From Nibricoccus sp. (lineage in GTDB: Bacteria > Verrucomicrobiota > Verrucomicrobiia > Opitutales > Opitutaceae): a DNA stretch of 64,000 nucleotides. Below, in pieces: positions 8,857 to 19,510 of this stretch. The translations under genes and the position numbers were made by a program. The stretch is taken from the NCBI GenBank assembly GCA_047602425.1, contig JASGHG010000001.1:960001-1024000 (forward strand), written 5' to 3'. How positions within the stretch are numbered: the stretch's first letter is position 1; the number at the start of each line of letters is the position of its first letter. A model generated the notes under the pieces. That model was not told the DNA's origin and made no database searches. It worked only from the letters and a program-made list of their open reading frames with translations.

Positions 8857-10464
8857 TCACCACACCAACAGCCCGCTGGCAAAGGTGAGCCCGGCGCCGA
8901 CGCTGCAGAAAATGATTTTGTCACCCTGCGCGAAAATTCCTTCCTCGGCGGCCCAACCAAGGGCCATCGACACACTGGCAGCGGAGGTGTTGCCGTACTT
9001 GCCGATCGTGACGACGAACCGCTCGTAGGGGATGCCCACGCGTTTGCTGACGGCGCGCAGAATGCGCTCGTTGGCCTGATGCGGAACGATCCAGGCAATG
9101 TCGGCCGGATGGAGATTGTGACGCGCAAGCGTGGCTTCGATCTGATCGGCAAAAGCAATGACAGCGTGCTTGAATACCGCCGAACCATTCATTTGCAGGT
9201 AAAAGTCGTCGCGATCGTGACCTTCGGGATGCGGAAGCGGACGGGCGGCGCCACCGCCGCGACGTTGGATCGCCTCGAATTGATCGGCATCGCCAGCGAG
9301 CTTCATGCGGCCAAGTCGGTGTCCACCCGCGCAATCCGTAAGCACCGCGGCGCCGGCGCCATCGCCAAAGAGAAAGGCGGTGGCGTGGTCCTTTGGATTG
9401 GTTATGCGGGAAAGGAGTTCGGCCGTGACAACGATGAGTTTTTTCGCCGTGCCGGAGCGGATGAAGGAACGGCCGACTTCGAGCGCGTAGAGCCAGCCGG
9501 CGCAGGCAGCGTTGAGGTCGAAGGCAAGCGCGTGGGGAACGCCGAGCTGTTTCGCCAAAGCGCTGGCCATGGAGGGCACGGGCTGGTCGGGAATGAGCGT
9601 GGCCATGATAACGCCGTCGATTTCCTTCACGTCGACCTTAGCTTGGGCGAGGGCGTGCTGCACGGCGGTGACGGCGAGGCTGGTGGCGCTTTCGCCTTCG
9701 GCGGCATAGCGGCGCTCGCGGATGCCGGTGAGTTTGATCACCTCGGCCTCGGTCATGTCGGGAAACTCTTTCAAAATTTCGCCGTTTGAACGAATGCCCG
9801 AGGGAAATGCGTAACCAATGCCTGCGATACAAACCGTCTCGGCCGAGTGCGGGTTGAAACCAGCAGTGGATGCGTTGGCGGAGGGCGCGGCCGCCGGCGC
9901 AGTCACCCTGGCGCGTTTTTGGAGGTAGCGATCAACGTCGTCGCCCGAAACGCGGCCGCCGGGGCCGGTGGCTTCAATGTCGGTAATCGTCGCGGGATTG
10001 AGGCCGGCTTCGGTTGCAAGTTTGCTAGCCCTGGGCGTCCAGAGAATACCGGCCGCGGGCGCTGGCGCGGCGGGTCGCACGTGAACAGTCGCGGGAGCAA
10101 TAGGCGTGGCGACGGCGGCGGGAACGGAAGCCAAAATTTCGGCGGGCGCCGGTTTGGTTCCAGGGGCGTGAACAACGCCGCTGACAGTCTTGGCCTTAAG
10201 GTGGAGCAACGACTGATCGGCAGTCTCGATTTTAAAAAAGGGCGCGCCCGAAGGCAGAATGTCGCCGGCACGACCCACGATTTCTTTGACGGTGCCGTCG
10301 CAGGGAGATTCGAATTCGAAAACCGATTTGTCGCTTTCCAGTTCGGCCAGTTTTTGGCCTTTGGCAATGGGTGCGCCGGGGGCCACAACGATGTCGATCA
10401 CCGTTAGCTCATTTACAGTCGCGCCCATTGAGGGCACGGGTACGTCGATCAGAAAGGAGTCCAT
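8857..10464 (-). CDS. lipoyl domain + E3-binding domain + FabH (KAS III) fusion
   Basis: Lipoyl domain with ESDKS; Ala/Pro linker; TPRASKLA..ATGPGGRVSGDDV; KAS III with TGIRERR, AACAG, FGDGAGA, PHQAN, GNTSAAS. Confidence 0.9.
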   Translation of the reverse strand: MDSFLIDVPVPSMGATVNELTVIDIVVAPGAPIAKGQKLAELESDKSVFEFESPCDGTVKEIVGRAGDILPSGAPFFKIETADQSLLHLKAKTVSGVVHAPGTKPAPAEILASVPAAVATPIAPATVHVRPAAPAPAAGILWTPRASKLATEAGLNPATITDIEATGPGGRVSGDDVDRYLQKRARVTAPAAAPSANASTAGFNPHSAETVCIAGIGYAFPSGIRSNGEILKEFPDMTEAEVIKLTGIRERRYAAEGESATSLAVTAVQHALAQAKVDVKEIDGVIMATLIPDQPVPSMASALAKQLGVPHALAFDLNAACAGWLYALEVGRSFIRSGTAKKLIVVTAELLSRITNPKDHATAFLFGDGAGAAVLTDCAGGHRLGRMKLAGDADQFEAIQRRGGGAARPLPHPEGHDRDDFYLQMNGSAVFKHAVIAFADQIEATLARHNLHPADIAWIVPHQANERILRAVSKRVGIPYERFVVTIGKYGNTSAASVSMALGWAAEEGIFAQGDKIIFCSVGAGLTFASGLLVW

Positions 10465-10598
10465 CAGTTATTGAAGTGGAGAAGGTAGGAGGTGGGCGGC
10501 AGGCGGGTCAATAATGCATCTTAGGCCCGGATTTCGTAAAAATCGTACGCGAGTGCAAGTCCATGAACTGTATAAAAAATTGAACGCGGTCCGGCGGT

Positions 10599-11393
10599 TC
10601 AACTGCGGGCGGCACGCCAAATGGCGAGACATTTGTCGAGCAAGGCGGGAAGTTCGCCGAGCGGAATCATGTTGGGGCCATCGCTGATTGCTTCGGCTGG
10701 ATTCGGATGCGTCTCAATAAAAAGCCCGTCGGCACCGGCGGCGAGCGCGGCCTTGGCGAGCGGAGGGACAAATTCGCGCTGTCCCCCACTCTTGCCACCC
10801 GCCGCGCCGGGCAATTGCACGCTATGAGTGGCGTCGAAGATGGCGGGAAAACCGTTCGCCTTCATGATGGCGAACGAGCGCATGTCGACGACGAGGTTTT
10901 GATAACCAAAAGTCGTGCCACGCTCGGTTTGCCAGATCTCGACGGCTTTGCCTTCGCGGAGTTTGTTGGTCACAAAAACCATTTCCTGAGGAGAAAGGAA
11001 TTGTCCCTTTTTCACGTTGACGATGCGACCGCTCGCAGCGGCGGCGAGGAGCAGATCGGTCTGGCGGCAGAGAAACGCGGGGATCTGCAACACGTCGCAT
11101 ACTGCGGCGACCGGCGCGACTTGCGCGGTGTCGTGGATGTCGGTCAGCACCGGGAAACCGTAGTCGCGTTTGATCAGTGCGAGGAGTTTCAACCCTTCGT
11201 CGAGACCCGTGCCGCGCGGACCGGAGGCGGACGTACGGTTGGCTTTGTCGAACGAGCCTTTGAAGATAATCTTCAGTTGGGGCTGCGCTTTTTGGACGGT
11301 GGCGAGTGTCTCGGCCACGGCGCGACAGACCTTCTCGTTTTCGAGCGAACAAGGACCAGCGATCAGCAGAAGTTTAGCAGGATCGAAAAACAT
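10599..11393 (-). CDS. kdsA: KDO8P synthase
   Basis: [37 protein letters not shown]. Confidence 0.97.
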   Translation of the reverse strand: MFFDPAKLLLIAGPCSLENEKVCRAVAETLATVQKAQPQLKIIFKGSFDKANRTSASGPRGTGLDEGLKLLALIKRDYGFPVLTDIHDTAQVAPVAAVCDVLQIPAFLCRQTDLLLAAAASGRIVNVKKGQFLSPQEMVFVTNKLREGKAVEIWQTERGTTFGYQNLVVDMRSFAIMKANGFPAIFDATHSVQLPGAAGGKSGGQREFVPPLAKAALAAGADGLFIETHPNPAEAISDGPNMIPLGELPALLDKCLAIWRAARS

Positions 11394-11465
11394 GCCCACG
11401 AACCTATCGCGGAAACGTAGAGGAACGGAAGCGCGGAATTTTACGGTGACTGAAGCAGTTTGAAT

Positions 11466-12089
11466 CTACCTATCGAAGCCCAACCCGACAGGATTGCCGG
11501 CTTCCAAAGAACTGTGCCACATACGACTTTTATCATTCATTCCAGAGTATGCAATGAAACCACTTTCGGGCTCAGGCGGATCATAAAATGTAATCGAAAA
11601 AAGGGTTAGTCCCCGTATTTCTTCGGCGAACTCAGCCATACGGGGTTGGGCTTTTATTTCCTCTTCTTTGAATGCTGCAAGACGACGCAAGAACTGATCT
11701 GCATCTTGAACGAGCGAGCGGGCACGCTGGAGCAGAATCGGATTAGGCAACCCCTCACTATAGACTGTGATTCCGACTTCTGTGGATCCAAAGAATGCCC
11801 TCCCGTTCCATTCGTCCCCCTCATGCACCAGTTCGCCAAGCACTGAATCTTCGATCGATGGGGGGATTCGGGTAATGCCCTGCTTTTCTTGACGCCGGAT
11901 TTCCCGGATAACTGCCCAGCTAGCCAAAGCAAAGGGAGTGGCAACTACGAGAATGCTCGCCACGTATAAAGGCCAGTGCACATCAGGAAAAAGAAAGGCT
12001 GGTGACGTCAAAATCATCACCCCCAGGTCCACCACAATCCCCACGACGAACCAACTGACACCCTCCCAAATAATCTTACCTTTTCTCAT
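11466..12089 (-). CDS. hypothetical protein, two N-terminal TM helices
   Basis: 207-aa ORF of lower GC filling the pyrG-kdsA gap, same strand as both. Confidence 0.65.
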   Translation of the reverse strand: MRKGKIIWEGVSWFVVGIVVDLGVMILTSPAFLFPDVHWPLYVASILVVATPFALASWAVIREIRRQEKQGITRIPPSIEDSVLGELVHEGDEWNGRAFFGSTEVGITVYSEGLPNPILLQRARSLVQDADQFLRRLAAFKEEEIKAQPRMAEFAEEIRGLTLFSITFYDPPEPESGFIAYSGMNDKSRMWHSSLEAGNPVGLGFDR

Positions 12090-12167
12090 GACTTTGTTGG
12101 GAGGTCAAAACGAGCTAGGTGAATTTTCAGGGGATTGTTTCACACCCCCAGGGTATTGCGCCCTACC

Positions 12168-13814
12168 CTACTTCTTCTTCGCAGGCTTCGCTGGTTTCTT
12201 CGCCTTAGCAGTCGCGGCTCCGCCTTTTTTGTTTTTCACGGCGGCGCCGACGAAGGCGGCGAAGAGGGGGTGCGGTTGGTTCGGCTTTGATTGGAATTCC
12301 GGGTGGAATTGCACCGCGAGGAACCACGGGTGATTCTTGAGTTCGACGATTTCCACGAGGTTGCGGCGCGGGTTGATGCCGCTGACCACCATGCCGCCTT
12401 TTTGCAGTTGGGCGACGTAGGCATTGTTCACCTCGAAACGGTGGCGGTGGCGCTCGCGGATGCTTTCCTTGCCATAGGCCTTCGCAGCATGTGTGCCGGC
12501 GGTCAGCGCACATTCGTAGCTGCCGAGGCGCATAGTGGCACCTTTGTCGATGATCGCCTTCTGTTCTTCCATCATGTTGATGACGGGGTGCGCGGTCTTC
12601 GGATCAAACTCGGTGCTGTTGGCGCCTTCGAGTCCGAGGACGTTGCGGGCAAATTCGATGACCGCGATTTGCAGGCCGAGGCAGAGGCCGTAGTAAGGAA
12701 TTTTGTTTTCGCGGGCGTATTTGGCGGCGGCGATTTTTCCCTCTGTGCCGCGGTCGCCGAAACCGCCGGGAACGAGGATGCCGTCGAGGTTTTTCAGGAT
12801 TGCGAGGCCGTTTTTCTTTTCGAGGTCCTCGGCATCGATGCGGATGATTTCGACGGCGGCGTTGTTCGCGATGCCGGCGTGCGTGACGGATTCGTAGACG
12901 GATTTGTAGGCGTCTTGTAGTTCGATATATTTTCCGACGACGCCGATGCGAATCTGGTGGGCCGGGTTCTTGATGCGGCCAACGATATCTTTCCAAATGT
13001 TTTTCTCGGGGGCCGGGGCCTTGAGCGAAAAGAGGTCAACCACGAGGTCGTCCATGCCCTCTTTTTGCAGCGCGAGCGGAAGTTCGTAGATCGATTCGAC
13101 GTCGCGGCACTCGATGACGGCTTTCACCGGGACGTTGCAGAACATCGAGAGTTTGTCGCGCAAGCTGGCGTCGAGCGGGTGATCGCAACGGCAGACGAGG
13201 ATGTGCGGTTGGATGCCGATCTCGCGGAGTTTCGCCACGGATTGCTGCGTGGGCTTGGTCTTGAGTTCGCCAGCAGCAGCGAGGAACGGCACGAGTGTGA
13301 CGTGGATGAAGAGCACGTCGCGCGGGCCGACTTCGAGCGCGAACTGACGCATCGCTTCGAGGAAGGGCAGGCCTTCGATGTCACCCGTGGTACCGCCGAT
13401 TTCAGTGATGAGCACGTCGACGTCTTTTGCGGCTTGGTAAATGCGCTCCTTTATTTCGTTGGTGACGTGCGGGATCACCTGCACGGTTTTGCCAAGGAAG
13501 GCGCCACGACGTTCTTTTTGAATCACGCTCTCGTAGACTTGGCCGGAGGTGAGGTTGTTGAGACGCGAAAGTTTTCCGCTCGTGAAACGCTCGTAATGGC
13601 CAAGATCGAGGTCGGTTTCGGCGCCGTCTTCGAGCACGTACACTTCACCGTGTTGGAACGGGCTCATCGTGCCCGGATCGACGTTCAGGTAGGGGTCGAA
13701 TTTCTGAATGCGCACCATGAGGCCGCGCATTTCGAGCAGGGCGCCGAGCGCCGCAGCCGTGAGGCCTTTGCCGAGGGAGGAAACGACACCACCTGTGACG
13801 AAGATGTACTTCAT
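12168..13814 (-). CDS. pyrG: CTP synthase
   Basis: [47 protein letters not shown]. Confidence 0.98.
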   Translation of the reverse strand: MKYIFVTGGVVSSLGKGLTAAALGALLEMRGLMVRIQKFDPYLNVDPGTMSPFQHGEVYVLEDGAETDLDLGHYERFTSGKLSRLNNLTSGQVYESVIQKERRGAFLGKTVQVIPHVTNEIKERIYQAAKDVDVLITEIGGTTGDIEGLPFLEAMRQFALEVGPRDVLFIHVTLVPFLAAAGELKTKPTQQSVAKLREIGIQPHILVCRCDHPLDASLRDKLSMFCNVPVKAVIECRDVESIYELPLALQKEGMDDLVVDLFSLKAPAPEKNIWKDIVGRIKNPAHQIRIGVVGKYIELQDAYKSVYESVTHAGIANNAAVEIIRIDAEDLEKKNGLAILKNLDGILVPGGFGDRGTEGKIAAAKYARENKIPYYGLCLGLQIAVIEFARNVLGLEGANSTEFDPKTAHPVINMMEEQKAIIDKGATMRLGSYECALTAGTHAAKAYGKESIRERHRHRFEVNNAYVAQLQKGGMVVSGINPRRNLVEIVELKNHPWFLAVQFHPEFQSKPNQPHPLFAAFVGAAVKNKKGGAATAKAKKPAKPAKKK

Positions 13815-14024
13815 CGGAAAGGGATATGGAGTGTGCCAAAACGGTGACAAGAAAAAGGTGGCGGCCACGCACAACTTCCTGAGGCACTTAGCCCACGCCG
13901 ATCGAGAAAGGGTCGGAACTTCCCTGTGAAATGATGTCGGAAAGCCCGAATAAGAAAACCTGGGTACGCACAACAAGCTTCCCTACTATCGAACACACGG
14001 GCAGTATCCCCCAGCTTTCCCGCC

Positions 14025-14192
14025 ATGGTTAAACTCAGCATTCTGGTCACCTCAACTGTGCTCGGCTATGGTTTCTGGTGGGTTGCTGACGCGCTCGGCG
14101 CCGATGTGTTTGTAGGATTCCTGGTTAGCAGCGTCGGTGCCCTTGTCGGCTGTTGGCTTGGTTGGAAAATTTATCAACGGTTCCTGAACTGA
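14025..14192 (+). CDS. 55-aa two-TM membrane protein (below ORF-track cutoff)
   Basis: MVKLSILVTSTVLGYGFWWVADALGADVFVGFLVSSVGALVGCWLGWKIYQRFLN*; divergent from pyrG. Confidence 0.65.
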   Translation: MVKLSILVTSTVLGYGFWWVADALGADVFVGFLVSSVGALVGCWLGWKIYQRFLN

Positions 14193-14409
14193 AAGGCCAA
14201 AGACTATGCTTTGGTCACAATCGGCCCGACCACCTCAATGCGTTCGACAACGAACTAGTGACCAGAACCTAGCATTGCCACCGTTTTCCCTTTGCCGGAA
14301 AAAATCAACGATGTGCCTGGCGCGGCATTTGACCAAAAAACCATAGTGGCCGATGTAGGTCATGCTCTCGTCTCCCCACGGATAGTCGTCGAAACATAAT
14401 CCACTCCTT

Positions 14410-15720
14410 ATGCCCTCCCTGCCTCGTTTCTACCTGCTGAGTTTCGGTACGTTCTTGGTTTCACTCGTCGCCTTTTCGAATCTCGCTGCGGCCACCATCA
14501 ATCCAGCCCGCCCAAAGATTCCCGAGAAAACGTTCGATGTCACGGCCTATGGTTCTGTGGCGGACGGCAAAACCGATAATACTTCCGCAATTCAAGCCGC
14601 GCTCGACGCCGCCCAAGCCGCAGGGGGCGGCATCGTCACGATTCCGGCTGGCGAGCACCTCAGCGGGCCGCTGCGCCTTTCGAACAACGTCAATCTTCAC
14701 CTCGCTGAAGGCGCCCTGCTGCGCATGCTGCCCCTCGATCGCTATCCTGGCGGTTCAAAATCTCCCGAGAATTTCATTTCGGGTTCCAAACTCCACGATG
14801 TCGCCATCACCGGCAAAGGCACCATCGATGGCCAAGGCGCACCGTGGTGGCCGCACTATAAAGAAAAGGGCTTCAACCGTCCGCGCATGATCGCCCTGAG
14901 CGGTTGCGAACGCGTTCTCATCGAAGGCGTCACGCTCAAGAATTCTCCCATGTTCCACATTGCGATCGGCGGCGGTTCGATCGACGTGATCGTGAAGGGC
15001 GTCACGATTCGCGCCCCTTCTTCCCGCGACCCGGAAACGCCCAGCCACAATACCGATGCCTGCAATGTCAGCGGGCATAATGTCCTGATCCAAGACTGCG
15101 ACGTCAGCGTGGGCGACGACAATTTCACGTGCGGCGGCGGTACTTACGATGTCCTTATCACTCATTGTACCTATGGTTATGGCCATGGCGTTTCGGTCGG
15201 CAGCCCGACCAAAGGCGGCGTCTCCAACATCACCGTCACCCACTGCACTTTCACCAACACGGAGTGCGGCATTCGCCTCAAAACCGACCGCGATCGCGGC
15301 GGCCACCTCCACAATCTCGTCTACTCGGATTTGCAGATGACCAATGTCGATTTCCCGATCCTCATCTACGGCGCCTACATGGCCCCGGATCGCCAATACC
15401 GCGATCTCACGAACCTTTCGCCAGAGATAGCCAAAACTTACCCGGCCGCTCCCGTCGACAAGCTCACCCCGCTTTTCAGCGACCTCGTTTTCGAAAACAT
15501 CACCGCTACCGTCGCCCCAGGCCGGCGCGCCGGCCTGATCTGGGGCCTGCCGGAGTCCAAGGCCAAAAACATTCTTCTGCGTAACGTGAAAATTGCCGCA
15601 GACAAACCGTTTGGCATCTACAGCGCTCAAAATGTTCGCTTGGAAAATTGCGAAATAAGAACTCCAGATGGCCTAAACAAAATCGCCACTGCCGACGCCG
15701 AGATTTCGATCAAGCCGTGA
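14410..15720 (+). CDS. GH28 polygalacturonase-family glycoside hydrolase, secreted
   Basis: Signal peptide; NTD, GDD, GHG.S.GS and RLKT motifs of GH28. Confidence 0.92.
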   Translation: MPSLPRFYLLSFGTFLVSLVAFSNLAAATINPARPKIPEKTFDVTAYGSVADGKTDNTSAIQAALDAAQAAGGGIVTIPAGEHLSGPLRLSNNVNLHLAEGALLRMLPLDRYPGGSKSPENFISGSKLHDVAITGKGTIDGQGAPWWPHYKEKGFNRPRMIALSGCERVLIEGVTLKNSPMFHIAIGGGSIDVIVKGVTIRAPSSRDPETPSHNTDACNVSGHNVLIQDCDVSVGDDNFTCGGGTYDVLITHCTYGYGHGVSVGSPTKGGVSNITVTHCTFTNTECGIRLKTDRDRGGHLHNLVYSDLQMTNVDFPILIYGAYMAPDRQYRDLTNLSPEIAKTYPAAPVDKLTPLFSDLVFENITATVAPGRRAGLIWGLPESKAKNILLRNVKIAADKPFGIYSAQNVRLENCEIRTPDGLNKIATADAEISIKP

Positions 15721-15737
15721 AGTAAAGGCGACGTCGT

Positions 15738-18700
15738 TCAGTTCGCCGCCGGGCACGTTTGAACTTTTCCATTGCACCGTCTCCGGATCAACAACCAAAG
15801 GCCAAAACCAAGTCCCACCCAGACAATCGGTGGCGCGGGCGTTTCCACGTGGTCGAGAGCGGCGTTCTGCCCGAGCTTGGTCTCTTCCGCTTTCTCCAAC
15901 ATGCGCCATTGTGCCGCATTTTCTACCGCGATGTAACTGGTTTCAGGCAGCAAGATCCCACTCGTCTTGCTGGCTTCAACCACCTCTCGATAACCATCGG
16001 GATTTTCGCCAGGACTCCGGGCAAATTCGCCTTCGCACATTTCAAGCCGGGCCGCCTGTGACCAAGGCGAACCTTCCTTGTGTATCCCATTATTCGATAC
16101 GACGCGCCACACTTTCTCGGAGGGCGACCAATATTCCAGCGCGCCGGCACCATTCCGGGTTGAGGCCGGGAATTGAGCTCCTCGCAGCTCCTTGATCGGT
16201 CGGATGGACGCACCTTTTCGCAGCCAAATCGTCGAAGCAGCCCCGGTTTGGATCACGGGCTGGCATTGCCCTGTCGCATCGATGACGTGAAGTTCGAAAG
16301 ACGCTAAAATATCGGTCCAGCGTTCCGTGAGCGGTAGACTCTCCTGCTTCAGCAGAGCCTTGCGGGCCGCCACCACGAAAATCGGCCGCGCAGGAATTTT
16401 TCTGGCCGACTCCGCCTTATCCAAATCTTCGTCGCGATGAAGCCGCAGCGCGTGCGCGAGTGCGAGATCGAGTCCAAATCCTCCGCGCAGCGGCAGCGCG
16501 GACCGAAGCGGCTCCGGACTTCCGATCAATTGATCAATCGGCGTCAATGCCGCGACCGTGTCCGTCACGGCAAAATTCGCCGTTGTAATCCGCATGCGAT
16601 CTACCGACGGGAAGCGCACCTTCAGTATCCGCAACAGATTGACCAGATCGCCATCGAAGCCGTTGCCTTCCGACCGATCCACGATCAGGTGCAGGTACGC
16701 TTCGTTGTTCAATTCGTTCGTCGCTGCCTCTGGTAATTGTCCCGCGATCACACTTCCCCACTCGCCCGCAGCCATCTGCAAACCCAGCCGATCGCCCAAA
16801 TCGTTCAATGCCGTTGCCGGGTTCTTCGTGTTCGGCAAACCGAGAATTTGCGAAACGCGGATTGGCACAAGAAAATCGAGTTCGACCACGGTGGGTGTGG
16901 TCGGCATGACTGGAAACACCCGCAACTCCAGCTGGCCCGATGACGTGTAAGCGAGCAAGGCTGGATCGCGCCGTTCAGAATCACGAATCATTTCATAGAC
17001 CCAATATGCCGTCTTCTTCTCAAAGATCCGTCCCGCGACAGGCACGCCGTTCATGTGCAACCGCAGGCCGCTCACGTAAATCCCCGCCGGCAGTGTTAAC
17101 GGCTGGACATACTCGGAGCTCGTCGTTCCCGTGGCCTCCAACGTGAGAGTCATCGTCACTACCGAAGCCGACTCACCGGCTGGTAGAGTGCGGACGTCCA
17201 GTCCCTTCACCACAACGTCACGCGACATGGGCAAGGCTCGCGTTTTGCCGGTCCGCGCCCGCACGCTACTGCCGCCAAAGACACCACCCCTATTTCGCAA
17301 CAAGTCAGCATTCTTACCCGAACCTTCTTTCCCCAGGAAAACAGCTTCCAGTTGCGCCAATTTGCCATCGGGCAATACCAGATTGTCGAAAACCAGCCAA
17401 CTGTAGTAGTCGGAGAGGATAGGATAATAAATGCCGTTCTTATAGGCACGATGGTTGCGGAGTGCGCGCTCCAGATTTAGCAGGCTGCCTGGATATTCGG
17501 TCGGACCGGCTTTAACGCTCGGCGTGTAGATGTAGTTGAGCGCCGTGTTCAACGCGGCTTTGTCCGCCAATCCGCGAGCGGTGTAGAGCGCGGGAAGAAC
17601 GAAAAATGACACCAGCCCCACCGCCGTAAGTGCGCCTCGGCGATGGTTCGCGAGCGGACCTCGCAACACTTGTGTGAGCTGGCTCAAGTGCAATACGAAC
17701 AAGACCGTCGGGGTAAGCACCAGGAATCCTAACCCAAACACAATTACACCGACAATGGAAAGCGGTGTGTAGGGCAAAAACACGACAAAGAAATAGAGCG
17801 AAAATGGAAACGAGAAGCACAACAGACTGAAGCTGAGCATCGGTTTTTTAGCTTTTTTCCAGGCTGCTAAAAAAAGAATTGCCGTGTTTGCGAGGGTTAG
17901 CGCGTAGACTTCCCACGCCTGAAAATCGACCGGGAAGGGAATTTCCCGGTTGAGCAACAATCCGCCAATCGGCATCGCCAGTGCAAACACGGTGATCGCC
18001 CAAAGCTCACCGGCTGTCCCGGTTTTTCGGACCGATTTCAGCACGGCAGCCAGCACGCGAATCAATCCGACAAACATCGCCAGTCCGAGCAGCACGAAAA
18101 TCGTCGCTACCATCGCCGCCTGAAAGTGCCCTGCGCGAAAAACAAGCTGCACTCCCAGATATGCCAGCACTGGCGCGCCCACCGCCAGCCCCATGCCGGT
18201 CACGAATCCCTTCCTCGCGTCTTCTATCCTCCACCCACACGCGAGCAAAAGCACACCGTAAAACAATGGCACCATCGCAAAAGCGAACTGGTTGAAGAAG
18301 TACCGATCCGTCGGATAGATCCAAGTTGTAACACTGGCAGGAAGTATTTTCCCTTCCATGCTCGCCGCCAGCCACAGGTAGGCAACTTCGACTACAACCA
18401 TAAACAACCCCCAATACGGAAGAATCGGCGAACGCCTGTTTTCCCTCCGCTTCAGGCTCCGTAACGCAAAATAACTCGCGATTCCGAAGAGCGCATTTAC
18501 TCCGCCGGCCAAACCCAGCCATCCCGCCATGCTTTTTTGCTGCGCGTCCATGTTGCCCTCGACCAGCTGAAATCCTTGCAGATTCAACGCCAACAGAATC
18601 GCGACCGGCATCACCCAGAGCCAAAGCATGGCCGAAGGTTTTAGCAAAAAAGCCGGCAGCAAATCCGTTTCACCCGTCTCCCGTTCGAAGGTCACCTGAT

Positions 18701-18824
18701 CCGGCAGCGTCACTTCACCTGGCTGGCCCGTTGTGGCAGATAACTGGTTCGTTTTTATTTCGGGCAGATTATTCTGCCCGGCGTTATGGTCAGCTGTTTC
18801 CGGTGTCGGTATTGGGGCGTCCAT
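15738..18824 (-). CDS. multi-TM VIT-like protein with exosortase C-terminal signal (MSEP-CTERM-type)
   Basis: About 10 N-terminal TMs; AYWVYEMIR..RRDPALL, LRVFP; C-terminal VETPAP+TM+RRR; overlaps the exosortase gene. Confidence 0.8.
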   Translation of the reverse strand: MDAPIPTPETADHNAGQNNLPEIKTNQLSATTGQPGEVTLPDQVTFERETGETDLLPAFLLKPSAMLWLWVMPVAILLALNLQGFQLVEGNMDAQQKSMAGWLGLAGGVNALFGIASYFALRSLKRRENRRSPILPYWGLFMVVVEVAYLWLAASMEGKILPASVTTWIYPTDRYFFNQFAFAMVPLFYGVLLLACGWRIEDARKGFVTGMGLAVGAPVLAYLGVQLVFRAGHFQAAMVATIFVLLGLAMFVGLIRVLAAVLKSVRKTGTAGELWAITVFALAMPIGGLLLNREIPFPVDFQAWEVYALTLANTAILFLAAWKKAKKPMLSFSLLCFSFPFSLYFFVVFLPYTPLSIVGVIVFGLGFLVLTPTVLFVLHLSQLTQVLRGPLANHRRGALTAVGLVSFFVLPALYTARGLADKAALNTALNYIYTPSVKAGPTEYPGSLLNLERALRNHRAYKNGIYYPILSDYYSWLVFDNLVLPDGKLAQLEAVFLGKEGSGKNADLLRNRGGVFGGSSVRARTGKTRALPMSRDVVVKGLDVRTLPAGESASVVTMTLTLEATGTTSSEYVQPLTLPAGIYVSGLRLHMNGVPVAGRIFEKKTAYWVYEMIRDSERRDPALLAYTSSGQLELRVFPVMPTTPTVVELDFLVPIRVSQILGLPNTKNPATALNDLGDRLGLQMAAGEWGSVIAGQLPEAATNELNNEAYLHLIVDRSEGNGFDGDLVNLLRILKVRFPSVDRMRITTANFAVTDTVAALTPIDQLIGSPEPLRSALPLRGGFGLDLALAHALRLHRDEDLDKAESARKIPARPIFVVAARKALLKQESLPLTERWTDILASFELHVIDATGQCQPVIQTGAASTIWLRKGASIRPIKELRGAQFPASTRNGAGALEYWSPSEKVWRVVSNNGIHKEGSPWSQAARLEMCEGEFARSPGENPDGYREVVEASKTSGILLPETSYIAVENAAQWRMLEKAEETKLGQNAALDHVETPAPPIVWVGLGFGLWLLIRRRCNGKVQTCPAAN

Positions 18825-19389
18825 GTTTTTCGAGGATTAAATTCGCGACAATAAAAGCGGGTAGAAACACGGCCACGCCGGTGAGCATGTGCAAAAAAGC
18901 TCCATAGGCTTCAGGCAGCCGCGGCAGTACCCAACTGTGCAATTGCGCCACCGCCATGATACGAAGCCCGTTGATCGCCACCACGGCTAGCACTGTTATC
19001 AAAGCCGCGACACAGGTACTAACCAGCGTATTGCTGCCACGACGACTCAAATGCCATCCCACCAGCGCCGCCACCATCACGAAGTAGGTTATCCCGCTGC
19101 AAGCCGTCGTCACCACGACCGGAACCGACGTCGAAATCAGCCAGCCTTCGCTCACCCGCATAATGGGGTGACCGCTTAAAAATCCAGCCACCAGGGCCGA
19201 TCCGCCGCAAAATACGGTTTCTTCACAGCGCGCAATCGACACAAAGCCCCATCCGATCAGTCCCGCCAAAACCGCACCGAGAGCTCCATAAAAATGTCTT
19301 TTCTTGGAAAGCGCGTCTTCCGGTCGCGTTTCCGCCGCCGCTTCAGCGCGGTCGGTCGGCAACAACACTTCGGATTCGTCCTGAATCAT
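18790..19389 (-). CDS. exosortase/archaeosortase family protein (XrtK-like)
   Basis: Catalytic triad motifs ACSG, NGLRI, LH...G in a hydrophobic protein. Confidence 0.85.
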   Translation of the reverse strand: MIQDESEVLLPTDRAEAAAETRPEDALSKKRHFYGALGAVLAGLIGWGFVSIARCEETVFCGGSALVAGFLSGHPIMRVSEGWLISTSVPVVVTTACSGITYFVMVAALVGWHLSRRGSNTLVSTCVAALITVLAVVAINGLRIMAVAQLHSWVLPRLPEAYGAFLHMLTGVAVFLPAFIVANLILEKHGRPNTDTGNS

Positions 19390-19411
19390 CGCTCAAGACT
19401 AATCCGCCCAT

Positions 19412-19449
19412 GTGAAGCCCGTATGAAGTCAGGATGAAGTTTTCATGAA
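19412..19449 (-). promoter_or_regulatory. four TTCAY direct repeats, 11-bp period
   Basis: + strand RTGAA at 19412, 19423, 19434 and 19445, just upstream of the exosortase start. Confidence 0.6.
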
Positions 19450-19510
19450 TTCCGCCGATTTTCCGTCCTATCTGTGCATCGTCCGGCAAAACCTCCAGGC
19501 GCAGCCACGG

